A stretch of 63,742 bases of DNA, filler included, from Phoronis australis (taxonomy: Eukaryota; Animalia; Phoronida), in assembly GCA_002633005.1 (NCBI GenBank). It is 7 parts of 6 records of this genome, joined end to end, with 100 filler letters (N's around TTAATTAATTAA, not from the genome) between each part and the next. Parts side by side here need not be neighbours in the genome. Positions count along the whole stretch, not along the records: positions 1 to 17,396 come from NMRA01000068.1; positions 17,497 to 32,360 come from NMRA01001383.1; 5 more parts are not named here. One strand, given 5' to 3'. A program made the position numbers and the translations under genes. Of this stretch, positions 11,450 to 23,300 are shown piece after piece. Position 1 is the first letter of the stretch; each line of letters starts with the position of its first letter. Below the pieces are notes generated by a model, which was given only the letters and a program-made list of their open reading frames with translations, did no database searches and was not told where the DNA came from.

Positions 11450-12297
11450 TTTTTCATAACGAGTACCCAATGATATTTGTCAAACTGAAACTATCAACCA
11501 GTAAATATGGCCACTAGGTGGCGCAAACTAAGTCAAATCCATCTGAAAATGGGGAGATAGCGTCACCTCATTAACAGATGCCTGTATGCCAAATTTTATG
11601 GAAATACGTCAAGGACCTTTGAAGATACAGAGGTAAACGTAAAAAATAAATTTTGCTACTAGGTGGCACATCTGTCGTCAGATCTGTCCAAAAGTCGTCG
11701 TCCTGCGTTATTAACATCATATAAATACACTTACTAAATTTAGTAAAGATCCTGCAAACGGTTTAGGAGATACAGCCATAGGCGCAACAAAAAACAAAAT
11801 TGCCTCTAGGAGGCGTCAAAGTAGTTGAAGTCATCGGAAAACCATAGTCAGCCGTCCACTTCATAGTACGAACATACATGATAATGTTCGCAATCATCCT
11901 TTGAGCGGTTTGGTTGATGGAGGGAAGCCAAATAACTAACTCAAAAACAGTAAAAATGGCCACTAGGTGGCGCAAAATACCTCGAATCCATCCGAAAACG
12001 AAAGGATAACGTCACCTCATTAATAAATGACTATGTGCCAAATTTCAAGAAAATCGGTTGAGGACCTTTGAAGATACAGACGCAAACGTAAAAAAACTAA
12101 AATTGCCACTAGGAGGCACAGCGGTATTTGGGTCGGTCAGAAACTCGCCTTCTGTCGTCAACCCCATAGGAACACACCTGCCAAATTTCAATAAAATTCT
12201 GCAAGGGGTTTAGGAGATACAGCCGTGGACGCCGGACTCCCGGATGCCCAGACAGAGATGACGGCAATATGCACCTACATATGTGGGTGCATAAAAA
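11450..12297 (+). mobile_element. Helentron-associated (HINE/pearl-like) non-autonomous element with ~150-bp internal subrepeats, in a TCF25 intron
   Basis: Diverged subrepeats in a ~450-bp higher-order unit, then a degenerate ggac-type microsatellite, a 3' hairpin atgcacctacat/atgtgggtgcat (12269-12292) and an A-run. 5' boundary approximate. Confidence 0.6.
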
Positions 12298-13147
12298 TAA
12301 TATCAGAGACCTTCACGTTAACGTGCTGCAGCTGAGACTTGTCAGTAGGTGAAGCTCTCCTAGTGCATACTAATGGTAATTAGAAATACTGTTAACACCA
12401 GTTTGTCTTTGAGTAAGGTGAAAGTACAAAGCACAGAGCAAGATGCAAACACATGTATAAGGCTAATGGATCGTTCATAAATTGCTTGGAGAATTTGTAC
12501 CGCCACTACCTAAAGACTGGGTTGCTGCTAGAGGGATCCTCTGCGGGATTGCTCTTGGGATGTTGTCAGTAGTCATTAAAGAATTACAAAGGCAGGCCGC
12601 TGTTCACAGTAGGGAATATATTTTTGCAGTAAATCATGGATCATAAAGACAGATTTATGGACTGTTTTAAACAATTGTTCTCTAGCATTCAACGATTACA
12701 TAAATGTAGCTTCCTGTCATATGTGGAAGTGCCCACCCCCAACTACTGAAAAATGGCAATAATTGCTACCATCATTAACTTTCATACATAATTATTTTCA
12801 CAATCATATATTTGCAACTCAGGTTAAAACCACTGTTAAAATACTGTATCAATAAGAAAATATCAGGATTGGATCATTTAGGGATGTAGCCCAAGGCCTA
12901 CATACGAAGAAATTTCATATTGCGTCACTTCTATCTAATGGAAGTTTAATCATTTTTCACTGTGCACTGCTCACTTAAATAACAAAGTTAACACATTACG
13001 TCTTTTTCTTAAAGCTAAATTCAATTTTCCAACCGCAGAGTATCATAATTGACACTGCACTTAGAGATAAGTGTTTTTACCTATCAGTACCATACACATC
13101 ATAACAAATCAATACCTAAGTAGGTCAACAGTTATTTATTTACTTAC

Positions 13148-13238
13148 AGGAGGGAGGGCAGCCGTTGCATCTTTTACCTCGGAGAGCAAGATGTGACGAA
13201 ATATGTTGCGAGGTGTTCCCTGGTAACGCACTTGGCAT
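13148..13238 (-). CDS. TCF25: TCF25 coding exon
   Basis: CQVRYQGTPRNIFRHILLSEVKDATAALPP (PRNI.RH..LSE motif); cag acceptor, gtaagt donor. Confidence 0.9.
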
Positions 13239-13990
13239 CTGTCACAGGACATTAAATAATGATTTAAACTCCGTATGCTATTAATAATGCAGGATAATAT
13301 ACTAATCCAAGGTAGACAGTCGTGGTCCTCTCACAAACCTTCAGCATAACTCACAGATTTTTGTCATGGATACTTTTTCCTGTACAATGATTATTTTCCA
13401 TGAACATATTTCCTATCTCCTGAAGCCCAGTTAGAGACTAGCTGTAGTGTCTTCATGGTTATAATACACTGCACGCAGCATGTGTTTACTAATACATCTC
13501 GTCAAGTTTGAATAAAACTGATTCAAGAGAAAAGAAATCTGTTGGTAAGAAGGGATTGGGGTGCATGAGAAAGGAAACAGTTCATGAGAATAAGCGCTTC
13601 CACAGAAAACAACACTATTAAGAAGAATGCCTTGACAGTTTGTGATATAGGAATACCGTTTTAGCAAGTTGTAATCTGCATTTCAAATCAACAATAACTG
13701 GCATCTAATATTTCACTTCCTACTACATAACACATTAATTTCTAATCACTAATCCCAAAAGATTTTAAGTGCAGAAGGTCGTATCTTAATTTTTCATTGG
13801 CATACAATTTATTAACGTGAAGGCTGGTACTCAACCCGAACGTGAACCTGCATCACGCTTACATCAGTAGCAACCATTTTACTCATACAAAAATGCAGCA
13901 TCGTCCTCGTAAGACAGCCAACTTAGCTACGACCAGACTTACGAATTTTAATAAAGCCTCACCCAGAAGAAGAGGAGCTGACTGACTTAC

Positions 13991-14149
13991 TTTGCAGCAT
14001 ACTCTTCAGATAGTTTATCTCCCTTATCCACCCTGTCCACCACTTGTCGCACGTTCTTCTCCAACCATGAAACAACCCCAGGTTCCTTCCAAACTGAGTG
14101 ACACCGGCCAACATACAGAGCTATCAACTGCCTCACTGCACTGGGTTGC
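13991..14149 (-). CDS. TCF25: TCF25 coding exon (most upstream one identified)
   Basis: QPSAVRQLIALYVGRCHSVWKEPGVVSWLEKNVRQVVDRVDKGD; tag acceptor, gtaagt donor. Confidence 0.9.
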
Positions 14150-14588
14150 CTATAATAAACAGAACAAATTGCACAGACATAAGACGACTGGTGCTCATTT
14201 TTTCAAACATTTCCAAGCACTTAAGGGTGAGGTGAAAATTGAGTCCATGAGGTGCTAGCAAAGTGAGTAGTAGACAGTGGAAATAGTTCAGAAATCATGT
14301 TTCTGTCAAATGAAGCACCTCTGTTCAATATCATAATGATCCTTTAAACCACTGGGCAGAAAGAACGGCAGATGCCAAGATCCCAAAATCCCAAAATTTC
14401 CTGTACGGGAAGCACAACATGCTTGAACTTCTGCGAAAATTGGAAGACCTGTTATCGTCTTTTTATACAAATCAATTTTCAAATGACATAACTTTCACCA
14501 AGAATCAAAGAATTTGGTAATTTTAAGCAAGCAAATGCAAAAAGCAAAATAGTCAAAAGGAGGCACATCAGTATTCGGATTTGTATGA

Positions 14589-14875
14589 AAGTCAATGTGA
14601 TCAGTGCTCTCAACAGCAAGACAATCATCAAGTCAATGTGAACAGTGCTCTCAACAGTAAGACAATCATCAAGTCAATGTGAACAGTGCTCTCAACAGTA
14701 ACACAATCATCAAGTCAATGTGAACAGTGCTCTCAACAGTAAGACAATCATCAAGTCAATGTGATCAGTGCTCTCAACAGTAACACAATCATCAAGTCAA
14801 TGTGAACAGTGCTCTCAACAGTAAGACAATCATCAAGTCAATGTGATCAGTGCTCTCAACAGTAACCCAATCATC
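14589..14875 (+). repeat. 41-bp minisatellite, 7 copies
   Basis: Unit aagtcaatgtga(a/t)cagtgctctcaacagtaa(g/c)acaatcatc, head to tail. Confidence 0.95.
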
Positions 14876-16249
14876 CATGATGAGCATTCAAAGAATTTTT
14901 AGATATTGAGTCGGGTCAAACAATAAATCAGCTGCAGAGGCTATACCATTAGTTGGCCAGATTCCTCAGAAACACAACACCAGACTTACTCTCCTTACTA
15001 GAAACAAGGCGATCCTTCAACAAACTTGGCAAATATTCAGGTCGGCAAAAAAGATAGAACTACCACATATGGATCCATCCAAAATACTGCTGTTAAAAGA
15101 ACAAATTCCATAAATTCATCACGAACCTTGACTGAACTTGGTAAATACTGAGGCAGTGAAAAAATAAGCCTCATCAACATCAGCAGGTTTATGACCGGGA
15201 CATTCCTCAATGTAGTGTTGTCATTGATTTGCAGGGAATTGAAAACAAAAGGAAGCTGTATTTCAACACAAGACAAAAAGAAATTCCCACATACTCCAGA
15301 AGTCAAACTAGCTCATTTTGAAACTATACTCCAATTAATGTTTAATTTATTCATTCAGAAGACAAATCGACATGACCACACTGAAGCAATACCAACCAAC
15401 AAAAGCAGGTAAGATAAAGTTACCTCAAATTAGAACACAATATGACATGTTTGAAAAATGAAGAAATGACACCATTACCCATGTTTTTTTTTCAAATTTG
15501 AGAAACTTCATCTCTTAAGCCACTTTTTTCAAACTCTACCTAAATCTAGGCAGCTATGCCACTAGCAATCAAAAAGGTTCAATAATAAAATCAGTTCTGA
15601 ACTGTATACCTTTGGTCAGTAGTCAACCCTATTACATTCAACAAAACAATACAGAGTCCATATGTAACCAATGGTTAATTGCCTATTAAGTCAATCAATA
15701 CTAGCCAAAATAAGTACTGGTGCAACAAAACATCTAAGCATTATGATTACAGTCTCAATTTATGTTGTTATTTACCATCTACTACTGCTTCAAACTGATC
15801 AAATAGTTCATAGCTTACAACTTTAAAAGATGCAATTTCAGGTTTGTATAATTCATTTCATAATTTTATACTGGCCACCCAGATACAATACCTATGAAAA
15901 GATATCAATAACTACATGAAGCCATTGTCGTGTTGGATGTACTGGTAATTCAAAATTGTAACAGCCTTCCATTACTGAAGTGGTTTCACAAAAATAAACA
16001 CTGTTAGATTTATCAGGATGCTCTGTCTTTGTTGCAGGTGTTCACAATTTTGGTAACTTGGATTCTTCTGATTCCCAATATAGGTAAGTAAAATCCTCCT
16101 TACGTAACCCATACCAGAGATATAAACGTGCAAATTCTGTGTACTGATTATCTTATGCACAGAACGTGTTTTCGGGCAACAACGAACGGTTAGTTGCTCT
16201 CAACCACAGAAAACGCTTCCCATCTGAGTTAGGAACAAGCAAAGAGCAC

Positions 16250-16493
16250 GGGCCTGTTCTAAGAAACTTACCAAGTTCATTTTTGACTTAAGTTTAAGAT
16301 TTGTCTAAACTTTCAAACTTTGAAATTTCCACATTCGGTAAGTTAGTCAAAATTAAGATAAAACTTATGTCAAACACTACAGTCAAACTTAAGATCTCTT
16401 TCTTGAATTGGCTTTGAGATAAATTTAACTTTTATTTAAAATTTACTAAATTTAAGATTTGTCTTAGCTAAGTCATTTTTTTGGAACGGGCCC
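16250..16493. mobile_element. MITE, PIF/Harbinger-like termini
   Basis: Imperfect TIRs gggcctgttctaagaaa / ttttttggaacgggccc around an AT-rich core with ttaagattt subrepeats. Confidence 0.5.
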
Positions 16494-17206
16494 CAGGGCT
16501 ACCTTCCATGAACCTAAGGTTATGTAGAAAAATATCCATATTTGTCTAACTTCAGAGCACCAAAATGACATCAGGAATTGTTTTGACAATGTTCCACTTA
16601 TGAACGAGGGGCTATCAAAAATAAAACTGTTTTCATTTTTGTGACAAACCTTGAATAAAATGAGAACGAAACAGCACCTAGCAGCTATTCTCTAAATTTT
16701 GATTTCTATACCATACATGACATACTCCTCCACTCAAGGTTCACAGCATTCTTTGGGGGTATTTAAAAGATGACTCTGATGAGGGATTTTTGCCCACTTG
16801 TGTTGATCAGGCATATTATGCAATAGGGAGATATCAATAGACACATGTCAACAAATGAACAGCAATTGCACATTATTTTTTCTTCTTCACCAATTAAGTT
16901 CCATTGTTAATATTTATTATCTAAAATGGCCAGAAGAACATTGTCACAACAGGCAGTGGTTATCACTGACACCCAGCTCTGTTCCCTAATCCCCAAATAA
17001 AGAAGCCAGTCATAAAAATTCAGGCTTTGTGTTAAGTGCCTATTGAAAATTAAACCAGTAAGAGGCATTCTTAGTTAGGAAATGTGATGTAGCGCCTAAT
17101 GTAAAAATCATCAGAAATTGTTTCAAGAAATTTTCAGGCATGCACAACTACGGTGGCCCGAAAGTATCATCGCTATTTCAGTTTATTAATTTTTTTATTT
17201 TTCCTT

Positions 17207-17396
17207 TTCCACCTAGGATGAAATATTTCAACCTAGGTGGAAATTATTTTCACCCGGGTGGAAATTATTTTCACCCGGGTGGAAACTATTTCAACCTAGG
17301 TGGAAATTATTTCAACCTAGGTGGAAATTATTTTCACCCGGGTGGAAATTATTTTCACCCGGGTGGAAACTATTTCAACCTAGGAGGAAATTATTT
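17207..17396 (+). repeat. 21-bp minisatellite running into the contig end
   Basis: Mixed ggtggaaattattttcacccg / ggtggaaa(t/c)tatttcaaccta units, about 9 copies. Confidence 0.9.
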
Positions 17397-17496
17397 NNNN
17401 NNNNNNNNNNNNNNNNNNNNNNNNNNNNNNNNNNNNNNNNTTAATTAATTAANNNNNNNNNNNNNNNNNNNNNNNNNNNNNNNNNNNNNNNNNNNN
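17397..17496. other. Artificial contig linker
   Basis: 44 N + TTAATTAATTAA (stops in all six frames) + 44 N. Confidence 0.98.
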
Positions 17497-17558
17497 CAGG
17501 AACCTTCAACGCCACAAGATACCATGCAGTTGGCAGTTGAACTTGATGTTGTTTAATA

Positions 17559-17701
17559 CATGGGCAGCGCAGCACTGAAAAAAAGTAGGGGGCTATAGCT
17601 CCTCAGCCCCCTGTGGTGCACCGCCTATAGACCATGGGCGGCGCAGCAATGAAAAACAGTGGGGGCTATAGGCCCCTAGGCCCTACGTTGCGCGGCCCAT
17701 G
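17559..17701. mobile_element. Two tandem ~70-bp hAT-like mini-MITEs
   Basis: catgggcagcgcagca...tgcaccgcctata followed by catgggcggcgcagca...tgcgcggcccatg; each has its own short TIRs. Confidence 0.5.
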
Positions 17702-18528
17702 TGATAGTGTTTCAATCGAAATGCATTCATCTGAACGATGTCTATAGGGTCGGAATTCTTCATCTTCGGCTCGTTGAAGGCATCTTCCAATGATGGAGTT
17801 GTTTCGCCCACACATCGCTCACATTCATCCAAAAGGTTCTTGCACTCACCGCCTGGTTCGTGTTTGTGTCGGCTTGAGACGCACAGTTCTCCACTAGTAG
17901 TCTATTTTTAGCGAGTACGTTTTAAAAAATGTAACGATATGTTATGATATAGTTTCACTTGTTAGAATCATCATAATGCAGGTAGATTACATTCACAGGA
18001 CTTGTAAGCAATAAATAATTTACAAGGAACAGTTCATAAAGCAACGATGCTTCAGTTTTGCGTGTGTTACCATTCCTGCATTTAGGGTTAGTCAGTCAGT
18101 CTTTGATTCAAATCACGGTCAAACAGATCGAGAAACTGCACCTTCGTCTTCGCGTCCATACTGCTTTTAGGATACTTAGATTTATTTAGAATACTTCCGC
18201 AGTAGTGCCTCTGTGTTGCAGAAATTATCTAACAATCAATGTCGCATCATTTTTAACGAACTCTGCACCACCAGGTATAATTAGAGCCGCAAAGAAATTG
18301 TTAGTCTCCAATTAATTGACATGTACAAAATAATAACAAAAGATCAATTTTAATTTCTATCTACAGTCTTTTTGGAAATGCGAAAATAAACAACAATAGG
18401 CTAGTCCACTAGGTATGTTTCCAAATAAGGAAGTGAACAATCAGAAAGCTGACTACTGCACTAAATCAGTTACGTCCTCTAGCGGCAAGCATTACGCGGC
18501 TGTCTGTGGAAAGGAACATTCTATTTAA

Positions 18529-20302
18529 AGCCACCGTAAAACGACCAAATGACTATGGAACACGTTAAATGTATAAATCGTTGATCAACACAAGCATATC
18601 ATCTCTTCGTTTACTCCGGAGATTACCTAATTACGCCAATTACTATCGTACGACCCTACCATGCAGGAACCCCATTTAGCGCCGACAAAAAAATTTAGGT
18701 GACACTCGTACTAAGTGGACGCAAGTGGCCATATCATTGTGACCCGAGACTTTACGTTGCCACATGAAACTTACCTAACGGTGACAGCTCCATTGTTCAA
18801 ATTATATCTATTAGAGACAACAAAGCTAAAATATTACGGCACTTACATGTATATCGGCACTGCCACTTGCAAGTAATATCCTACAAGTCGCTGTGCCACG
18901 ATGCCTAGCGTCGCCGAAGTCAGTAGCGCGGTCTCGGTGGGGACGACTTACTCAGTCTAACATTAAACGCTTATTCACAAAGACATCGGGGCCGTGCAGT
19001 ACGGGTCAGGCTGGCAATGAATGGAGATTCATCGGCGGGACCCACGGTGATATCCTGGCGGAATGCGCTTACCAGAAAACTAATCTGTTTATAAGCGCTC
19101 CGTCCGGGATTATGTCAGGGCGTCAGGCGGCGTTACACATCTTACGAAGCAAAAGGCTCACGCACAGCATGATAAACAAAAAGAATGGCCCGAGACTTTT
19201 CACACTTGGGTCAGACAAGCACAATATCTTGCAATGGCGGACGTTACATTGGAAGAGTTCAATGAAATGTACGGCGAAATGGAAGATTAAGGGAATGTAG
19301 AAACAACGTTTGGGTGGATTAGCGCCGTATATGTTTGAACCAGAGGAATCCGATGAAAATGAAATGGAAGGGGAAAACCGGCTAAGTGTCACGGACCGTG
19401 TCGGAGGGCGACGTTAGTTGTTGGTGAGTAAAATGTGTAACCAATCAACGCAATTGCTAATACAGCAGAATTCAAATTAATCCCACGTTATTTCTTGAGT
19501 TCGAAAATTTCGGAAATTATGTCGGTAAATTGTCCCGTGAAATTCCAAATGATTTGGTTATTTCCAATAGGTTTCTTTCTTGGTTTCACCATGAATTCTG
19601 CGTTTCTGACCCAAGTGCGGGGCCATTATTTTTTAACATGCTGCGCGTGAGCCTTTCGCTTCGTAAGATGTGTAACGCCGCGTTTCGCCCTGACACAATC
19701 CCGTAATTATCACGGAGTGACTATAAACAGATTAGTTCTCTGATACACGCATTCCGACAGGATGTCGCCGTGGGTCCGACGAATATCCATTCATTGCCAA
19801 CCTGTCCTGCACTGCACGCAGGAACCCAGTACTTTAATCGGATCGTTAGACCCCGATGTCTTTGTGAATAAGAGTTTGATGTTTGACTGAGTAAGTAGTC
19901 CCCACCGCTATGCGATCGTGGCACAGCGACTTGTAGGATATTACATGCAAGTGGAAGTGGCGAGATATGTGTCGTAGAATTTTAACTTTGTTTTTGTGTT
20001 TCACAGGTGTAATTTTGAAATTATGTGATTCGAAATATGCACACGTCACCGTAAGGTACGTTTCCTGTGGCAAAGGACATTACGTCTCTGGTCACAACGA
20101 TGATGTCATTTGCGTCGATTAGTACGAGCGCCACCAAAAGTTTTTTGTAGGCGCTTAATGGGGTTCCTGATGGGGTCGTACGATAGTAATTGGCGTAATT
20201 AGTTAATGTCCGGAGTAAACGAAGAGATGATATGTTTGTGTTGATCACTGATCTATATATATTTAACATGTTCAAAAGTCATTTGGCAGTTATACGGTGG
20301 CT
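18529..20302. mobile_element. Non-autonomous Kolobok-type element with ~690-bp TIRs and TTAA TSD
   Basis: TTAA|AGCCACCGTA... and ...TACGGTGGCT|TTAA; inverted similarity extends 18529-~19215 versus ~19605-20302. Confidence 0.85.
19234..19423 (+). pseudogene. KolX/P2X7-like first-exon relic inside the Kolobok element
   Basis: MADVTLEEFNEMYGEMED*...GGLAPYMFEPEESDENE...DRV..GDVSC-W, followed by a gtgagt donor at 19424. Confidence 0.65.
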
Positions 20303-23300
20303 TTAAGTGTGTTGGGTACTCGTCCTCTTCGATGTCAAATCAAAACTGTTAAGCACATCTTTCCATGCATGGCAGCCGTGTTTGTACTGAACGGTGTCTA
20401 TGGTTTGCGACAAAATGAAAGTCTACAAAGCACAGGCCGCTCCGGCAACATGTACTGAGTCTATCTCCCAGGTGTGTGTTGAGAAAAAGAGCAAGCATAG
20501 ATCAGAATGACGGTACTTTTTCTATCCGCTGTGGGTGGGCTAATATCCGAGGTGGCCTATATACACGAGAGTAACCCAAAGCAGGATGCGGTTGGTATTC
20601 CAGCTGATACGGTATGTTAGACGACCAGTCTTGTCACTGATACACGGCATCCGGCAGCAGAATAACAGTACATAAGGTTGCCCACGACTTGTCTCTTCCT
20701 CCTAACACCAGGAAGTGTGACAGCTTTCATGGTTAAGTTGACTCTAACCCGCCTCGTGCACACTCCTCGCACACTAATCGTTTGAACCTTTAGGTACGAT
20801 CTGTTACCAAAGTTGTCTCTCATGCTGAAAAAACAACAATCGAGTGGTACGTATCATCGCCGGGTTCATAATCATTTACTATTTCGTAAGCCAACACTGA
20901 CATGCGTGTACTATCTAATGCACGGCATTTTCTTGAAAACTCGGGCAGAATGTTAATCTATCGTTTCTGCTTTTTCAAAGTTGTGTTTCCCTTCCTCGTA
21001 AGTTGTCTCTGTGGCGCTAGTAGTCTTAAGCTGACTCACGAAATGTTGATTTCCACGACCTGATGTTTAGCAGTTTTAGGTGAGGCTACTCGTGGACGAG
21101 CCGGTCTAGTTGCCACCTGGTGACTAGGTTCGTTACAATCCAATTAAATGACAGTCAACACGTGGCGAGACCGTCATTTCAGAAGTCGCATAATGCGGAG
21201 GGGTCATGCCATGACCCCTCCGCATTGGGCAAAAAACATGCCCCGGGGAGGGGGGAGGGTGACTCGGAGCTCTAGAACGGGCCCCCTATTTGGAGAAATG
21301 GGCAAACAGGTCCGCTTCAGAGAAACAAGAAATCAGAAAAAGTACAAAAACGAGACATAAGTCCACTAAAAGACAGGAACTACCAAAATCCGGCAAATGC
21401 ATAATTCAATTGGACGTACCACGTGAGTCTTTTTTAGTAAAAGGTCAGCATTCTCAAAAATTCAAGCCCCGTATTTTTAAGCTGGGCGTGCGCATGAAAA
21501 ATAACTTTTGTCATGAATGAAGTAAGCAATCCATGGACTTACATAGGGCCACTTTTAAGTGGTGCTAAGTCCATGGGTTAAAACGCATGTCCAAAATTGA
21601 ATGATTGCAAATACTATGGCACTGAGAAATGACCGGTATGATCCAAACGAACGTTTCAGATACTACTGTATGCCTGAGGCAGTGTATTCCGGCGCTGGGC
21701 TACCAAAATGAAAAATTATCGAGTTGCGTAAAATGTAAACGAATCTATGATGAAAAATTTTTTCGACATTCCATCTTGAACATTTATAACAGTGAAATTC
21801 GAACATGTTCTGTTTTTCGGTAGTCATGTGTTTCTTTATCTTTAGCTAAAACGACATGGTCACGTGACTCAATTGCTATCAGTGTCAAAAGTTATATTTT
21901 ACAGGCTTCTACTTTGACACAACATATACCTTTGCTGAGTTCTATAGTTTTGTAGATATCTTGTTTAGTGCAGAGATTTACGCAGTATAAGCTTTACAAC
22001 ATAATGAGCTTGTGTTTTACAACGGGCATTCAAAGGCCCACAATTAATTAGTTAAAGCTATTGAAACTATTGTATACAGGGTTACGCCACAGTTATGGTT
22101 AACAGATCGGTTGCACATGAACAACATTAAGCCATTATGTAATTCTATGTAACTCTAAAACAGATCTACTAGTTTGTGAGACGAAATCTTTACCTTGACC
22201 AAAGCTTAACAAGCATTCCCTCTTTTAGAGGATTGGACAGCAACAGGACGGCACTCATCTTGAAAACACTGTCACGTGACGCTCTGGTAATCTGATGATT
22301 CGTTACGTTGACGTTTGGCCGACTGGAAATCGGCCCGCTTGGGTAGAGGCAGTGGTCTTTCATGGAGCATTTGTATAATTTTCGAGGGACGAAAAAAATA
22401 CGTCGTCTTGTGACAAGATGTTTGATGCCATAGGTGATACTGCTCACGTCAACAACTACCGAAAAAACGGCTGGTGTTTTAACCTTTATAGCTTCCAAAT
22501 CAAAATCTTCCAGAAGGTTCTTGTTGACTTTGACTATCGAGTTCTTCTTTGTTTCGAGAGTGACGTGATTCGCAAATTCTTTACCATTTGCGAATAGTCT
22601 GCAAAACATTTCGACAAATATTCATTTTATAGTGCCTATTATCAACTATCTACATGTTAACTAATTCTATAACGAATTAACGGCAGCTTTTTAACAAGTT
22701 CGTTTTTTATTTTTACTCGAATGCAGATCTGTTAGCGTTATCATGTGGAGTTTGCCTGAACTAATCCCAATGTTTGCTGGGATTCTGAGTTCCATGATCA
22801 AATTCAGCAGGAATGATACGGGAAAAAATATTCATGGATTCACAGTTTGTTTATTAATTTAAAATTACTCTGGCTTGACCTACGGCAGTATTGCAACCTG
22901 TATTCCAATTTGCCTAATTGGAATAAATTATTAGGGGAAATTGTGTAAAAAGATTCATTCGAAATTTGTGGGATTCGTGAATACATGGGAGCGCATCCAT
23001 TACAGTCACTGTATTGCCGTTTCGGATTTGTTTCCCCAAAACCGTAATCATGCCCCTCCAAAAAACGAACTCTCACCGCGAAGCCAGCCACGACACTCCA
23101 AAACTGCAATTACACCCGCCCGTTACTATGGGAAAATAAGACAGCGTACTAACTGAGTCTGTAGTCAGAGACAGAAAGTTGTGATATTTTTACCTTCATT
23201 CATGGTTATTTAGTTCTATCGATGTGAAATTTCAGCTTTCTTCTTTTATGTCACAGGTATCGCCGTTAGTTTTGGATTAGAATCATGTTTGAGTGTCAGC

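Noticed and set aside
14589-14875. Possible CRISPR array
   Set aside because: Pure head-to-tail 41-bp units with no spacers.
17140-17448. ORF with GGNYFHP/GGNYFNL peptide repeats (likewise the YTSNPHSYVPF ORF at 45416-45658)
   Set aside because: Translations of 21-bp and 39-bp minisatellites that are open only because the unit length is a multiple of three.
17397-17496. TTAATTAATTAA motif recurring six times inside N-runs
   Set aside because: Identical synthetic linker; not biological. Linkage of TCF25, TatD, HERC1 and innexin cannot be inferred.
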